Source: an uncultured virus (IMG/VR IMGVR_UViG_3300024264_000022) (taxonomy: Duplodnaviria > Heunggongvirae > Uroviricota > Caudoviricetes). Taken from it: a stretch of DNA of 64,000 bases. This document shows, in pieces, positions 46,156 to 54,665 of this stretch; position 1 is the stretch's first letter, and each line of letters opens with the position of its first letter. The notes below the pieces were generated by a model. That model made no database searches. It saw nothing but the letters and a program-made list of their open reading frames with translations, and was not told the DNA's origin. Where the stretch lies: the IMG/VR virus record IMGVR_UViG_3300024264_000022; one strand, 5' to 3'. The position numbers were made by a program, and so were the translations under genes.

Positions 46156-46752
46156 CTATTTAAAACCAAGTTTCTTCAATTCAGAAATCGTTTTAGCAGT
46201 ACTAGTATGATGAATACCTATACCACCTCTTGCTCTAAACTGATTGATGTTTTTAATATAGTCGTCAATTAGAATTGTTGGCATACCACCAACTTTAGCA
46301 AAATTCTGTTTTTCTCTTCGTTTTACTAAATTCACTTTACTACCGGACATACCTAATTTTGTTCTAGCCCATTTTGATTTGCCAGGAATACAACTAGGAT
46401 CCGAAGTCTGTTCTACATAAGCAGATAAGATATGTGGGTCATACTTTGATATGAAAGACCAAAGTCTTTGACCACCTGGATTCCAAGGTAATGTAGACCA
46501 GAAATTTTTAGTCTGCATTATTGGTTGCCACTTATCTCTTATTGTTTTAAATTTCTTTCTAGGTTCTAATGCCCATTGTGATAGAGGCATTTTAACTGCC
46601 TTTTGTGCAGCCTGTTCAAAATTACATAGGACTCCGTCCATATCACAATAGATACGAGGCAACTTCTTATTGTCTTGTCTAAATGCTTCGTTTTTTAATG
46701 ATAGTTTTTTGACTTGATGTACAACATCACTTCGGAGTTCTTTGAATTTCAT
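46156..46752 (-). CDS. HAD-family 5'(3')-deoxyribonucleotidase-like protein
   Basis: IYCDMDGVL, FW..LPW, ILIDDY..N...F...GG.GI.H. Confidence 0.8.
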   Translation of the reverse strand: MKFKELRSDVVHQVKKLSLKNEAFRQDNKKLPRIYCDMDGVLCNFEQAAQKAVKMPLSQWALEPRKKFKTIRDKWQPIMQTKNFWSTLPWNPGGQRLWSFISKYDPHILSAYVEQTSDPSCIPGKSKWARTKLGMSGSKVNLVKRREKQNFAKVGGMPTILIDDYIKNINQFRARGGIGIHHTSTAKTISELKKLGFK

Positions 46753-46783
46753 AGTGTTTTATATCCTTTTTTCATTATGCTTT

Positions 46784-46825
46784 ATATTAACACATTCCTA
46801 TAGCTTTGTCAAGCACAAAATGAGC
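46784..46825 (-). promoter_or_regulatory. Early promoter with extended upstream motif
   Basis: GCTCATTTTGTGCTTGACA-17 bp-TAATAT. Confidence 0.7.
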
Positions 46826-46837
46826 AAAAAGATGTAA

Positions 46838-47158
46838 TTATGTTGTATAATCTATCTTTGGATTAACATCAATTGAGTCTGATTTACTCGCATTTAGAGT
46901 AGTTTTCTTTTCAGGTTCTTTTGACTTGATGTTCATAGGGTCTTTAGGTTCTTGTGATTTAGGTAGAACCGTATCTCCGGACATATCTTTATTGTGGTTA
47001 TCTTCTTTCTTTGCTCTTAATTTTGCAAGGTCAGAACCATCAATCTTACCGTTATTGTTCTTATCTAATTTCTGTTGTTTCGGAGATAACTTCTCTTGCA
47101 TTACTGCAGCTGTTATCGCTTCTTCAACTGAACCAGGTTTACTTTTTAAATATGACAT
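46838..47158 (-). CDS. Hypothetical protein with an EF-hand-like loop
   Basis: LDKNNNGKIDGSDLAKLR. Confidence 0.6.
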   Translation of the reverse strand: MSYLKSKPGSVEEAITAAVMQEKLSPKQQKLDKNNNGKIDGSDLAKLRAKKEDNHNKDMSGDTVLPKSQEPKDPMNIKSKEPEKKTTLNASKSDSIDVNPKIDYTT

Positions 47159-47159
47159 A

Positions 47160-49067
47160 TTAGCTTCCTTTTACTTTAGCGGCAAGGTCTTTGTCTGCCC
47201 CACCCCAAGTTCCACTTGATTTAGTTATAAATGAATTTACTCTAGCAAACGCCCATTGGTGTTGACTAGCCCCAGGTCTATGTCCACCTTTCCAGGCAGC
47301 CATTCCTCTATCAAATACTTTCTTTAGAATACCATATGGCATTCCAGATTTCTCTGCTTTATTTTTTAATCCTTCAATCGCTTCATACATTTCTTTTGCA
47401 GGATGATTTTTGTTTTCAGTTTTTACTTTCTTCTGAAGCTTCGTATCAGTCTCAAACTTTTTACCATAAGCTTCTTTAAATTTCTTCTTAGGTTTCTCAT
47501 CATCTTTATCGTAAGCGTCTTCTTCGTTTTTGTTCTTAGGTTCTTTATAACCATTTGCGAAAGCAGCCTTTCTTTGAGCGTCTGAAGCAAAACCTTCGTT
47601 AGTTCTTTGTAGTACTTTTTGAACATCTGGATGGTCTGATAATCCTTTTGCAAGTTTCTCAATTGCTTTAATAGCACCTGTCATATTGCCACCTTTGTAT
47701 CTCTTATCGTTTGCAATACCGTATGCCATTTTGATTTGTTGTGAAGTAAAGCCTTCTGAAATAACTTCTTCTTTTACTTCTTTCTTTTGTTTGTCTCTTA
47801 ATATCTTTTGTGCTAATCCAACTTGTAATGGAACTTCTCCTGTATCAGGATTTGGTTCTGGTTTGATTGCTTTATTCTTTTCGTTTTCTAATTTTGTTTT
47901 TAACAAAGTTATCTGGTCTTTAAGAGCGTCTACATCAACTTTAGGTTCATCTTTCTTCTCTTTCTTCAAGTCTTTAAACTTAATCTTACCAGATTCAACT
48001 TCACCATTTTCTGTTTCTTCTGTAAACTTAACTGGTGCTAATACCGTACCGTGTGTTTTCGGGTCTAGTACTACCATCATTTCTTGTCCTGGTGTAGTCT
48101 TCTTATAATCTTTATTAATTTTTTTGAAATTTGCTTTACTGATTTCAACAGGACCTTTACCAGAATATTTGTAATCTCTTCCAGCAAGTACTGCTTCTTC
48201 AATACTTTCAGTCTTTAAGTGAGACCTAGTTGCTAATTGCATATCTAGTATCTTTCTCATATTACCTTTTAGTTCAATACCACCAGGTACATCTGATACT
48301 TTTAGACCGTGTTGTTTTGCAAGTGAAACCATATTTGATTTCTCTTTTTCATTTGTGAAACCTTTAATAGTTCCTGTGCCTTCGTGTAATTCGTCTTCTT
48401 CTTTAGTTAGTATTCTAGTGTCTGGGAAGTTATCCATTACTTTTTTATGGATTGCTTCTACATCTTTTGCACTATCAATTCTAACTTCTGAACCAGATTT
48501 GTGAATTTCTCCACCACCTGTTTTACCTTTAAACATATTTGCAATCTTACTTGCCTCGCCACCGTTCTTTGCCATATACTCTACATATTCAGTATATTCT
48601 AAAATAACTTGGTCCCAAGACTTGTTTTCAAATGCTGAAAGTTTTACACCTTGTGGTACTTTGATACCTTTGGATATCATACGACTAACTGCCATTGCTG
48701 AAATAAAAGGAATGTCTGCTTTGAAGAGTTTAGGAAGTTGTGCGTCTGCAATTTTGTCAAAGATGTTTCTTAACTGATTTGCTCTTGCGATAGATATTCT
48801 CTTACCTGCAAGGTCAGCATATTCTGCTTTTAACTTTTTGATTTGTTGGTCTGTAAATTCAACCAGTTGTTCTTCCTTGATGTCTTCTTCACCTAGAATA
48901 GTTTTAACGGTTGCAACAGGCAACTTCATTTGTTTTGCAATTGCTTCAGCTGATTTACCTTGGTCAAAAAGAGTAGCAATTGTCTTCATCTTGCCTTCGT
49001 CAATCTGAATATCGTTTGCCCACACCTCTTCTAGTGCTTCTCTCATTGTTTGTGTATATCTTGTCAT
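47160..49067 (-). CDS. Multi-module probable internal head polyprotein, C-terminal DUF5824-like domain
   Basis: Short modules separated by hydrophobic-x-E sites; C-terminal LK.KA.KSG....L..V..RG.AAW..GHRPG...QWA.ARVNSF. Confidence 0.6.
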   Translation of the reverse strand: MTRYTQTMREALEEVWANDIQIDEGKMKTIATLFDQGKSAEAIAKQMKLPVATVKTILGEEDIKEEQLVEFTDQQIKKLKAEYADLAGKRISIARANQLRNIFDKIADAQLPKLFKADIPFISAMAVSRMISKGIKVPQGVKLSAFENKSWDQVILEYTEYVEYMAKNGGEASKIANMFKGKTGGGEIHKSGSEVRIDSAKDVEAIHKKVMDNFPDTRILTKEEDELHEGTGTIKGFTNEKEKSNMVSLAKQHGLKVSDVPGGIELKGNMRKILDMQLATRSHLKTESIEEAVLAGRDYKYSGKGPVEISKANFKKINKDYKKTTPGQEMMVVLDPKTHGTVLAPVKFTEETENGEVESGKIKFKDLKKEKKDEPKVDVDALKDQITLLKTKLENEKNKAIKPEPNPDTGEVPLQVGLAQKILRDKQKKEVKEEVISEGFTSQQIKMAYGIANDKRYKGGNMTGAIKAIEKLAKGLSDHPDVQKVLQRTNEGFASDAQRKAAFANGYKEPKNKNEEDAYDKDDEKPKKKFKEAYGKKFETDTKLQKKVKTENKNHPAKEMYEAIEGLKNKAEKSGMPYGILKKVFDRGMAAWKGGHRPGASQHQWAFARVNSFITKSSGTWGGADKDLAAKVKGS

Positions 49068-49081
49068 CTTATATTTCTCTC

Positions 49082-49363
49082 CTAAAATTCCTTTATTTCT
49101 ATTATTAGTCTACCTTCACCTTTGTGTACTCTATGAAATGTTTCCTTTGGTATTTCAAAAACATCTCCTACTTTCATAATGACTGGGAGTTTATTATCCA
49201 TTTGTAATTTCCAATTAACTCCAGCAATAATTCTTATCGTTCTATTTCGTCTATCTCGGTGCCAAACTAAATTCTCTTCGTTGGCGTCTTGTCCGAAACT
49301 TCGTTGAAAGAAATCGTCCGTTTTTGTTTCGTCCGGTCTTTCATCATAAAATTCCATTGTCAA
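49082..49363 (-). CDS. Small cupin-like protein
   Basis: LVWHRD...W.LQ.DN..P...IPK..FHR..KG. Confidence 0.6.
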   Translation of the reverse strand: MTMEFYDERPDETKTDDFFQRSFGQDANEENLVWHRDRRNRTIRIIAGVNWKLQMDNKLPVIMKVGDVFEIPKETFHRVHKGEGRLIIEIKEF

Positions 49364-49366
49364 CTC

Positions 49367-49906
49367 CTACCAGTAAAAGTTACCCCCACCCGATAGTCCT
49401 AATGACTTCGCATAACGAGGTAAGTTGCAAGCCCAATAGGCAGCACTTGTTTTATCTTTTTGTTGGTCGCACTTATGACGAGCAGCAAAAGATTTTCTGG
49501 CTTGTTTGTCGTTTAACTTAACTCTTAAACCAGTAGTGTCTCCCCAAGTAACCTTCTTAATCTTATCTCCGTCTTTTACAAAAACATAAAACTTTTTAGG
49601 TCCACCTTTTTTTGGTTTATTTAAAGGCGGATTCTTTTCGTCTTCTTCTTGTATCGGACAATCTAAAGGTACTTTCATACCTTCATATTCTGCAAATTCT
49701 CCAATGTCTGTTTCTAATAAAGTTCTATCCCATTCACTTTCGCATTGTAATAGACCTTCATTAAACATATGTCTTGCTTCTCTAAACAAGGCATAAAACT
49801 CTTCGCTATGTACTCTATATATGTTCTCAGCTAGAGGTATGCTATTCTCAATATGATAGTTTAACGAGACCGTTATCTTATCTGCATAATCACTAAATCT
49901 TAACAT
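49367..49906 (-). CDS. Conserved hypothetical protein
   Basis: MLRFSDY start; KKFYV.VK...KV..GD...RKSFAARHKC...A.YW.C. Confidence 0.65.
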   Translation of the reverse strand: MLRFSDYADKITVSLNYHIENSIPLAENIYRVHSEEFYALFREARHMFNEGLLQCESEWDRTLLETDIGEFAEYEGMKVPLDCPIQEEDEKNPPLNKPKKGGPKKFYVFVKDGDKIKKVTWGDTTGLRVKLNDKQARKSFAARHKCDQQKDKTSAAYWACNLPRYAKSLGLSGGGNFYW

Positions 49907-52817
49907 ATTCTTTAAAAGATTGTACTTTCAATCTCTCCTCCATTTTTTTCACAGCGTCATTCAATTCTACTTGATACTCTTCTCCGTATCTCTTCTTATA
50001 TTTATCAATAGTCTCACTTGAAGAAGCCCATTTCTGTATATCTTCTTGGTTTATTGTCTCTGGACTTGTTTCTGCACGCTGTCCTGGGGTTACAATTTTA
50101 GTATGGTCTGCATAATCTTTACCTATTTCATAAGATTCCTTACCATACATCTGTTGATATTTCTTCGTATGTACACTAGTAGTTGTCTTTGCGTCTTTAT
50201 CTCCTGGTGCAGCTTTGTAATCTTTATCGTTATCTGACTTCTTATATTTTTGTTTTGAAAAGTGTTTTGCTCTTTTTTCTTTTTCACTTTTCTTCATATC
50301 TTTGTAATACTTTTTAGGTTGTGTACCTTTTTTAGTTTTTACATCTTTATCTTGTGGTAATTTCTTACCGTATTCTTCATTCATTTTGACTTCCGTTTCT
50401 GATACTGCTTCAAAACCATAGTCTACATTTAAATTAATTTCGTGTAATTTAGTTTCATCTATGTTAGTCTGTGGAATACAATTCCATATCCAACATTTAT
50501 GTAAGTTAGAATTATTGTCTTCTAATACAACATAGTTTGTACTTCTACGAATTACTTTACCTGTAATCTCTTGTTCTTGGTCTTCAACACTATCGTTTAT
50601 GTTAAATAGTTGTTCACGGATATACAAGTCTCTTAAATGCCATTTAGTAAAGCTTTCAACACTAGCGATAGGTTGATATGTTCCGATACCTGGTCCAGTA
50701 TAACCTGCAGCCAAGTTCATTCCTTTTCTAATTAATCCAAATAGTTTATCTTTGTCTCTAAAAGATGTAGGTAGACCTTGCTTAAAAGATTTAAGGTCAT
50801 TAGATTGAGCCGCAGCTCTCATTTTACTTGCTGACATTCCCATAGCGCCTTCAGCGTCTGGGTCTCTTTCGCCAGCAGATACGATATTGATTTTATCAAA
50901 CTCGTAATTTGTTCCTCTTGCTTGTACACCGTTGTACTTGTTTAGTAGTGTTTCAAATTCTCTTACTCTATCTGAACCAACTACCATTGTTATTTGATTT
51001 GCTTTTCCATTTAATTTATTGATGACTTCAATAGCTGTTCTTGCACCTGCAATTTGTTTTATCTTGCTTGAGTGTCTAGGGAACATAGATTTCATAACTC
51101 TAATCTTGTCAGCAACTTTCAATGGATTTTTCTTTGGGTCTTGCGAACCACTTGGCACAATGAGATAATCATTTGCACCTACAGACGCCACTTTGTTAAT
51201 TAACTTTTCGTGGCCTATCGTTGGTGGATTAAATCTACCAAATGTAAATGCGATATGTTTTTTAGGTGTGCCTACTGCTTCAGTTTTTAGACTATCAATT
51301 TCTTTATCGGTAACTATACCGTCATCTAAAATCTTCTTGCACTTCTTAAAGAAAGTAATGTAATGATATTTCTCTAACATCTTATAGATTACATTTTTAG
51401 GTAATCTGTTTTTAATACTATACTTTCTGATTTCGTCTGGCGACATATCTGTATCAAACGCACTTCTTCTTTCTGCGTCAACACCGTCACCAATCTTTAT
51501 TATGTCCTCTATATCATTTTCTATTTCTTCTAACTTACTCTCTACTCTTGCTTGTAAGTTTTCTATATCGTCAGGACTTAATTCTTTTAATTCGTCATAG
51601 TCAACAATGTCTCTTTTTAGTTCACCTTTGACTACATCTATTTCTTGTACTTTCTTATTGAAGTCAGCAATATAATCATCAATATTAAAAGTAAAATCTT
51701 CAGGTCTTTTAACAAATACATTCCTTGTAATTGAAAATACTGCGTCTGCTTTTTTCTCTTGTTCTTTATATGTTGCTTCATCGGTTACAAAATAATAGTT
51801 AATAGGATGTTTTGTACCAGGTATTAATTTACCTTGTATGTTATTTGGATTCTTTGATGAAAGGTATTCTAAAGATAGTCTTTCTCTTTCTGCAACTCTT
51901 TCACTTTCAGGAACATCAAATAATACATTGATGTCTAGGTCTGCGTCATTTCTATATCTATGTGTTAGAATAGAACCAATCAAACCATACTTAATAACTG
52001 GAAATTCTTTTTCAAATACTTTGATTTGGTCTTGTATTTGTTTTACTACACTTGCTTTTATTTTAGGATTATTTGTATCTGCATTATCAAATACAGCAGG
52101 TGCATATGTTTTTCTAGGAATGTCAATAATACTTTCCTGAATATCTACCATATTGATTAACTTATCTGCAATCTTTACAGAAGTTGTATGGTCAGACGGA
52201 TAGTGCCAACCTGCAACTACTCTACCGTAACCACATTCATCAGCAAGTTCTATTAAATTTTCTTTATGTTTAGGATATAATTTACCATAGTATTCTGCAA
52301 TCAATCTACTTTGTAGACTATGACCAGATGGATATGCTGGTGTCTTCATACTATCAGAAATTAATTCCATACTATCAAAATCCATATTCATTTCTTTTGC
52401 AAGTTCATATGGTCTTGGTCTTTGAAATTTGTTTTTGTAATGTCTAACTACACCACTACCTGCTTTCTTTAATTCAGATATATCTTTCTTATCATATTCT
52501 AAATTATATTTCATTAAGTATTCTTCAATACCATAAAATGTTTCTTGGTCGTGGTTCTTTACACTCTCTTTTACTGCACTAGTTCTTTTCTTAAATAGTT
52601 CAGTCATCATTTCTAATTCTCTTTTAGTTTCAGGACTATCATTTTCAGAAGGTGCTTTAACATCAATTTTCTTCCAGTCACCAACAATATTCTGTACAGG
52701 TTTGTCGTCAACTTTAGGGTGTGTCAAATCATTCAAGTCTTCTGCTACAGACTTGCACTTCTTTAATAGTTCTTTAACATAGTCCATTCTATGTTTCTTT
52801 TGAAAATTATCTGGCAT
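49893..52817 (-). CDS. Tri-enzyme protein: PAP2 phosphatase, Pol-beta-type nucleotidyltransferase and HIGH cytidylyltransferase-like domain
   Basis: KNKFQRPRP / YPSGH / GRVVAGWHYPSD; GSILTHRYRNDADLDINV; FGRFNPPTIGHEKL...MSASKMR. Confidence 0.8.
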   Translation of the reverse strand: MPDNFQKKHRMDYVKELLKKCKSVAEDLNDLTHPKVDDKPVQNIVGDWKKIDVKAPSENDSPETKRELEMMTELFKKRTSAVKESVKNHDQETFYGIEEYLMKYNLEYDKKDISELKKAGSGVVRHYKNKFQRPRPYELAKEMNMDFDSMELISDSMKTPAYPSGHSLQSRLIAEYYGKLYPKHKENLIELADECGYGRVVAGWHYPSDHTTSVKIADKLINMVDIQESIIDIPRKTYAPAVFDNADTNNPKIKASVVKQIQDQIKVFEKEFPVIKYGLIGSILTHRYRNDADLDINVLFDVPESERVAERERLSLEYLSSKNPNNIQGKLIPGTKHPINYYFVTDEATYKEQEKKADAVFSITRNVFVKRPEDFTFNIDDYIADFNKKVQEIDVVKGELKRDIVDYDELKELSPDDIENLQARVESKLEEIENDIEDIIKIGDGVDAERRSAFDTDMSPDEIRKYSIKNRLPKNVIYKMLEKYHYITFFKKCKKILDDGIVTDKEIDSLKTEAVGTPKKHIAFTFGRFNPPTIGHEKLINKVASVGANDYLIVPSGSQDPKKNPLKVADKIRVMKSMFPRHSSKIKQIAGARTAIEVINKLNGKANQITMVVGSDRVREFETLLNKYNGVQARGTNYEFDKINIVSAGERDPDAEGAMGMSASKMRAAAQSNDLKSFKQGLPTSFRDKDKLFGLIRKGMNLAAGYTGPGIGTYQPIASVESFTKWHLRDLYIREQLFNINDSVEDQEQEITGKVIRRSTNYVVLEDNNSNLHKCWIWNCIPQTNIDETKLHEINLNVDYGFEAVSETEVKMNEEYGKKLPQDKDVKTKKGTQPKKYYKDMKKSEKEKRAKHFSKQKYKKSDNDKDYKAAPGDKDAKTTTSVHTKKYQQMYGKESYEIGKDYADHTKIVTPGQRAETSPETINQEDIQKWASSSETIDKYKKRYGEEYQVELNDAVKKMEERLKVQSFKEYVKI

Positions 52818-53481
52818 TTCTTTTCTTCGCTAGTTCTTGTTCTATCCATTTCTTTGCGACATAATTTTGAACAGGTTTTCTAACGAGTCCTCTAATTCGT
52901 GTGTAAACTTTGTTAAGTGTATCTTCACTTGCATTGTTATTATCAACTACAATCATACTACCAGTACCAAATAGATTTTGAAATCTACCTATATTACTTT
53001 GTACAACATTCCAACTCTTCGTTGCAATAGTTTCAGGTACGGTTCTAGTTCTAACTTTGTTTCTTTGTAATGCAACTTCTAAACTCGTATTTACAAACAT
53101 CATATAAGTATCGTAACCTAACATTCTTAACATACTTCTTTGTTTATTAATAATGTCATAGTCTCTACCTGTGGCGTCAATGACAAGACCTAATCTATTT
53201 CTAATATATAAGTCCATCTGGTCGCCTGTAATTTGTTTTGCTCTTGCTCTCAATGGGTCTCTAGCGTCTGCTTCTTTATCAGGCATTTTTAATGAGAGAC
53301 CTGCCTTCTTTAAATACATTTCAAATCTGACATCTGAATTAACTAATTTTAAACCCATACCAGCAGTTGTTCTATTGGTAACATAAGACTTACCAGAACC
53401 AGGACCACCTGCTAAAAAGAACGCTTTAAATATACCTGGGTCGTAAACGCCTTCTTGTATTATGTGTTTAAAAGTTTTCAT
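52807..53481 (-). CDS. Zeta-toxin-like P-loop kinase
   Basis: LAGGPGSGKS, VNSD, LVIDATG, ALQRN..R. Confidence 0.75.
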   Translation of the reverse strand: MKTFKHIIQEGVYDPGIFKAFFLAGGPGSGKSYVTNRTTAGMGLKLVNSDVRFEMYLKKAGLSLKMPDKEADARDPLRARAKQITGDQMDLYIRNRLGLVIDATGRDYDIINKQRSMLRMLGYDTYMMFVNTSLEVALQRNKVRTRTVPETIATKSWNVVQSNIGRFQNLFGTGSMIVVDNNNASEDTLNKVYTRIRGLVRKPVQNYVAKKWIEQELAKKRNAR

Positions 53482-53768
53482 ACTTTATATAGAGTATACT
53501 TTAAAGTTAACTCTTCTCCTTTTTTTATATCTTCTAATGTTTGTATATAATATTTTCCATCAACTTCTATCTTTTGACAATTAGGTTTATCACTATGATT
53601 TAAAAAACCACCAAGTGGTGTTCTATAAATTTCTCTACCCATAGTCAAATGAGAGATACCTAAATCTGTCATCTTATCAATCGTTGCTGTTGCAAATAAA
53701 CCAAAACCTTCTATTGGCGATAACTTTATTGTTATGTTATCAGGTAAAGGTCTATACTTATCTGTCAT
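53478..53768 (-). CDS. SET domain protein
   Basis: SPIEG.GLFA, FLNHS..PN, DIKKGEELT..Y. Confidence 0.85.
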   Translation of the reverse strand: MTDKYRPLPDNITIKLSPIEGFGLFATATIDKMTDLGISHLTMGREIYRTPLGGFLNHSDKPNCQKIEVDGKYYIQTLEDIKKGEELTLKYTLYKV

Positions 53769-54075
53769 CTCCACTACCTTGTATCTTGTTTCTTTCTTGT
53801 CTGTCTTTTAATTTTTCTAAATTTAATTGTGCGATTGTATCTAAATCAATATCTAAATCTCTCGCAAGTGCTGATATGTACCATAACACATCACCTAATT
53901 CTTTTTTCATATCTTCTTTAAATGTAGGACTTGCACCGTCTCTAATATTCTTTTTAACTTTTTCTGCTACTTCACCTGCTTCACCACATAATCCTAATGC
54001 AGGATAAGTTACCTTACTTGCAAGTGGATAAATTGCTGTGTTAGCAGCTAGAGTTTGGTATTCATTAAATTGCAT
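53758..54075 (-). CDS. mazG: MazG-like NTP pyrophosphohydrolase (second copy)
   Basis: YPALGLCGEAGEVAEKVKK...ELGDVLWY...GSGDDR. Confidence 0.9.
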   Translation of the reverse strand: MQFNEYQTLAANTAIYPLASKVTYPALGLCGEAGEVAEKVKKNIRDGASPTFKEDMKKELGDVLWYISALARDLDIDLDTIAQLNLEKLKDRQERNKIQGSGDDR

Positions 54076-54664
54076 TTTGTATCTCCTTTATAATATCTTT
54101 CGCAATATCGCCTGCTTCTTTTCCTTCAGCTTTGATAGAAATGAAACCTGGTTTTTTTCTGTAGTGTTCAATCGCCGGTCCGGTTTCTTTGTTGTAGAGA
54201 TTGATTCTATCAGTAATAATATCTGGCTTATCATCTTTTCTTCCTCTCTTCGTAAGTCTTCTAATCACTTCTTCTTTACTTACATCAAGGTATACAACAA
54301 CATCATAATTGATACTATTCTTTTCCATATCTCTTACTTGTTGCATATATCTAGGATAACCATCTAGTACATAACCTTTACTAGCATCCTTTTCTGTTAA
54401 TGCGTTCTTCACTAATTTTAAAACTATATCGTTAGGTGCAAACTTACCTTTGTCTAATAAATCTTTAATCATTTGTCCATCAGAACCACCTTTGTCAATT
54501 TCTTTTCTTAATAATCCACCTGGGTAAATATGTTTAATACTAAAGTGTCTTGTAATGTATTCACTATAAGTTGATTTACCACTTCCTGGACCACCCATTA
54601 TAATAACTCTTGTTTGTTTTGCTTCATTCAGGTATGCCGTCAAATATGATTTAAAAGTTTCCAT
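54065..54664 (-). CDS. adk: Adenylate kinase, short LID
   Basis: GGPGSGKST, GYVLDGYPR, RGRKDD. Confidence 0.88.
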   Translation of the reverse strand: METFKSYLTAYLNEAKQTRVIIMGGPGSGKSTYSEYITRHFSIKHIYPGGLLRKEIDKGGSDGQMIKDLLDKGKFAPNDIVLKLVKNALTEKDASKGYVLDGYPRYMQQVRDMEKNSINYDVVVYLDVSKEEVIRRLTKRGRKDDKPDIITDRINLYNKETGPAIEHYRKKPGFISIKAEGKEAGDIAKDIIKEIQNAI

Positions 54665-54665
54665 A

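Noticed and set aside
52807..53481. Zeta kinase as a toxin-antitoxin module
   Set aside because: No epsilon-like antitoxin adjacent; context points to a phage enzyme cluster.
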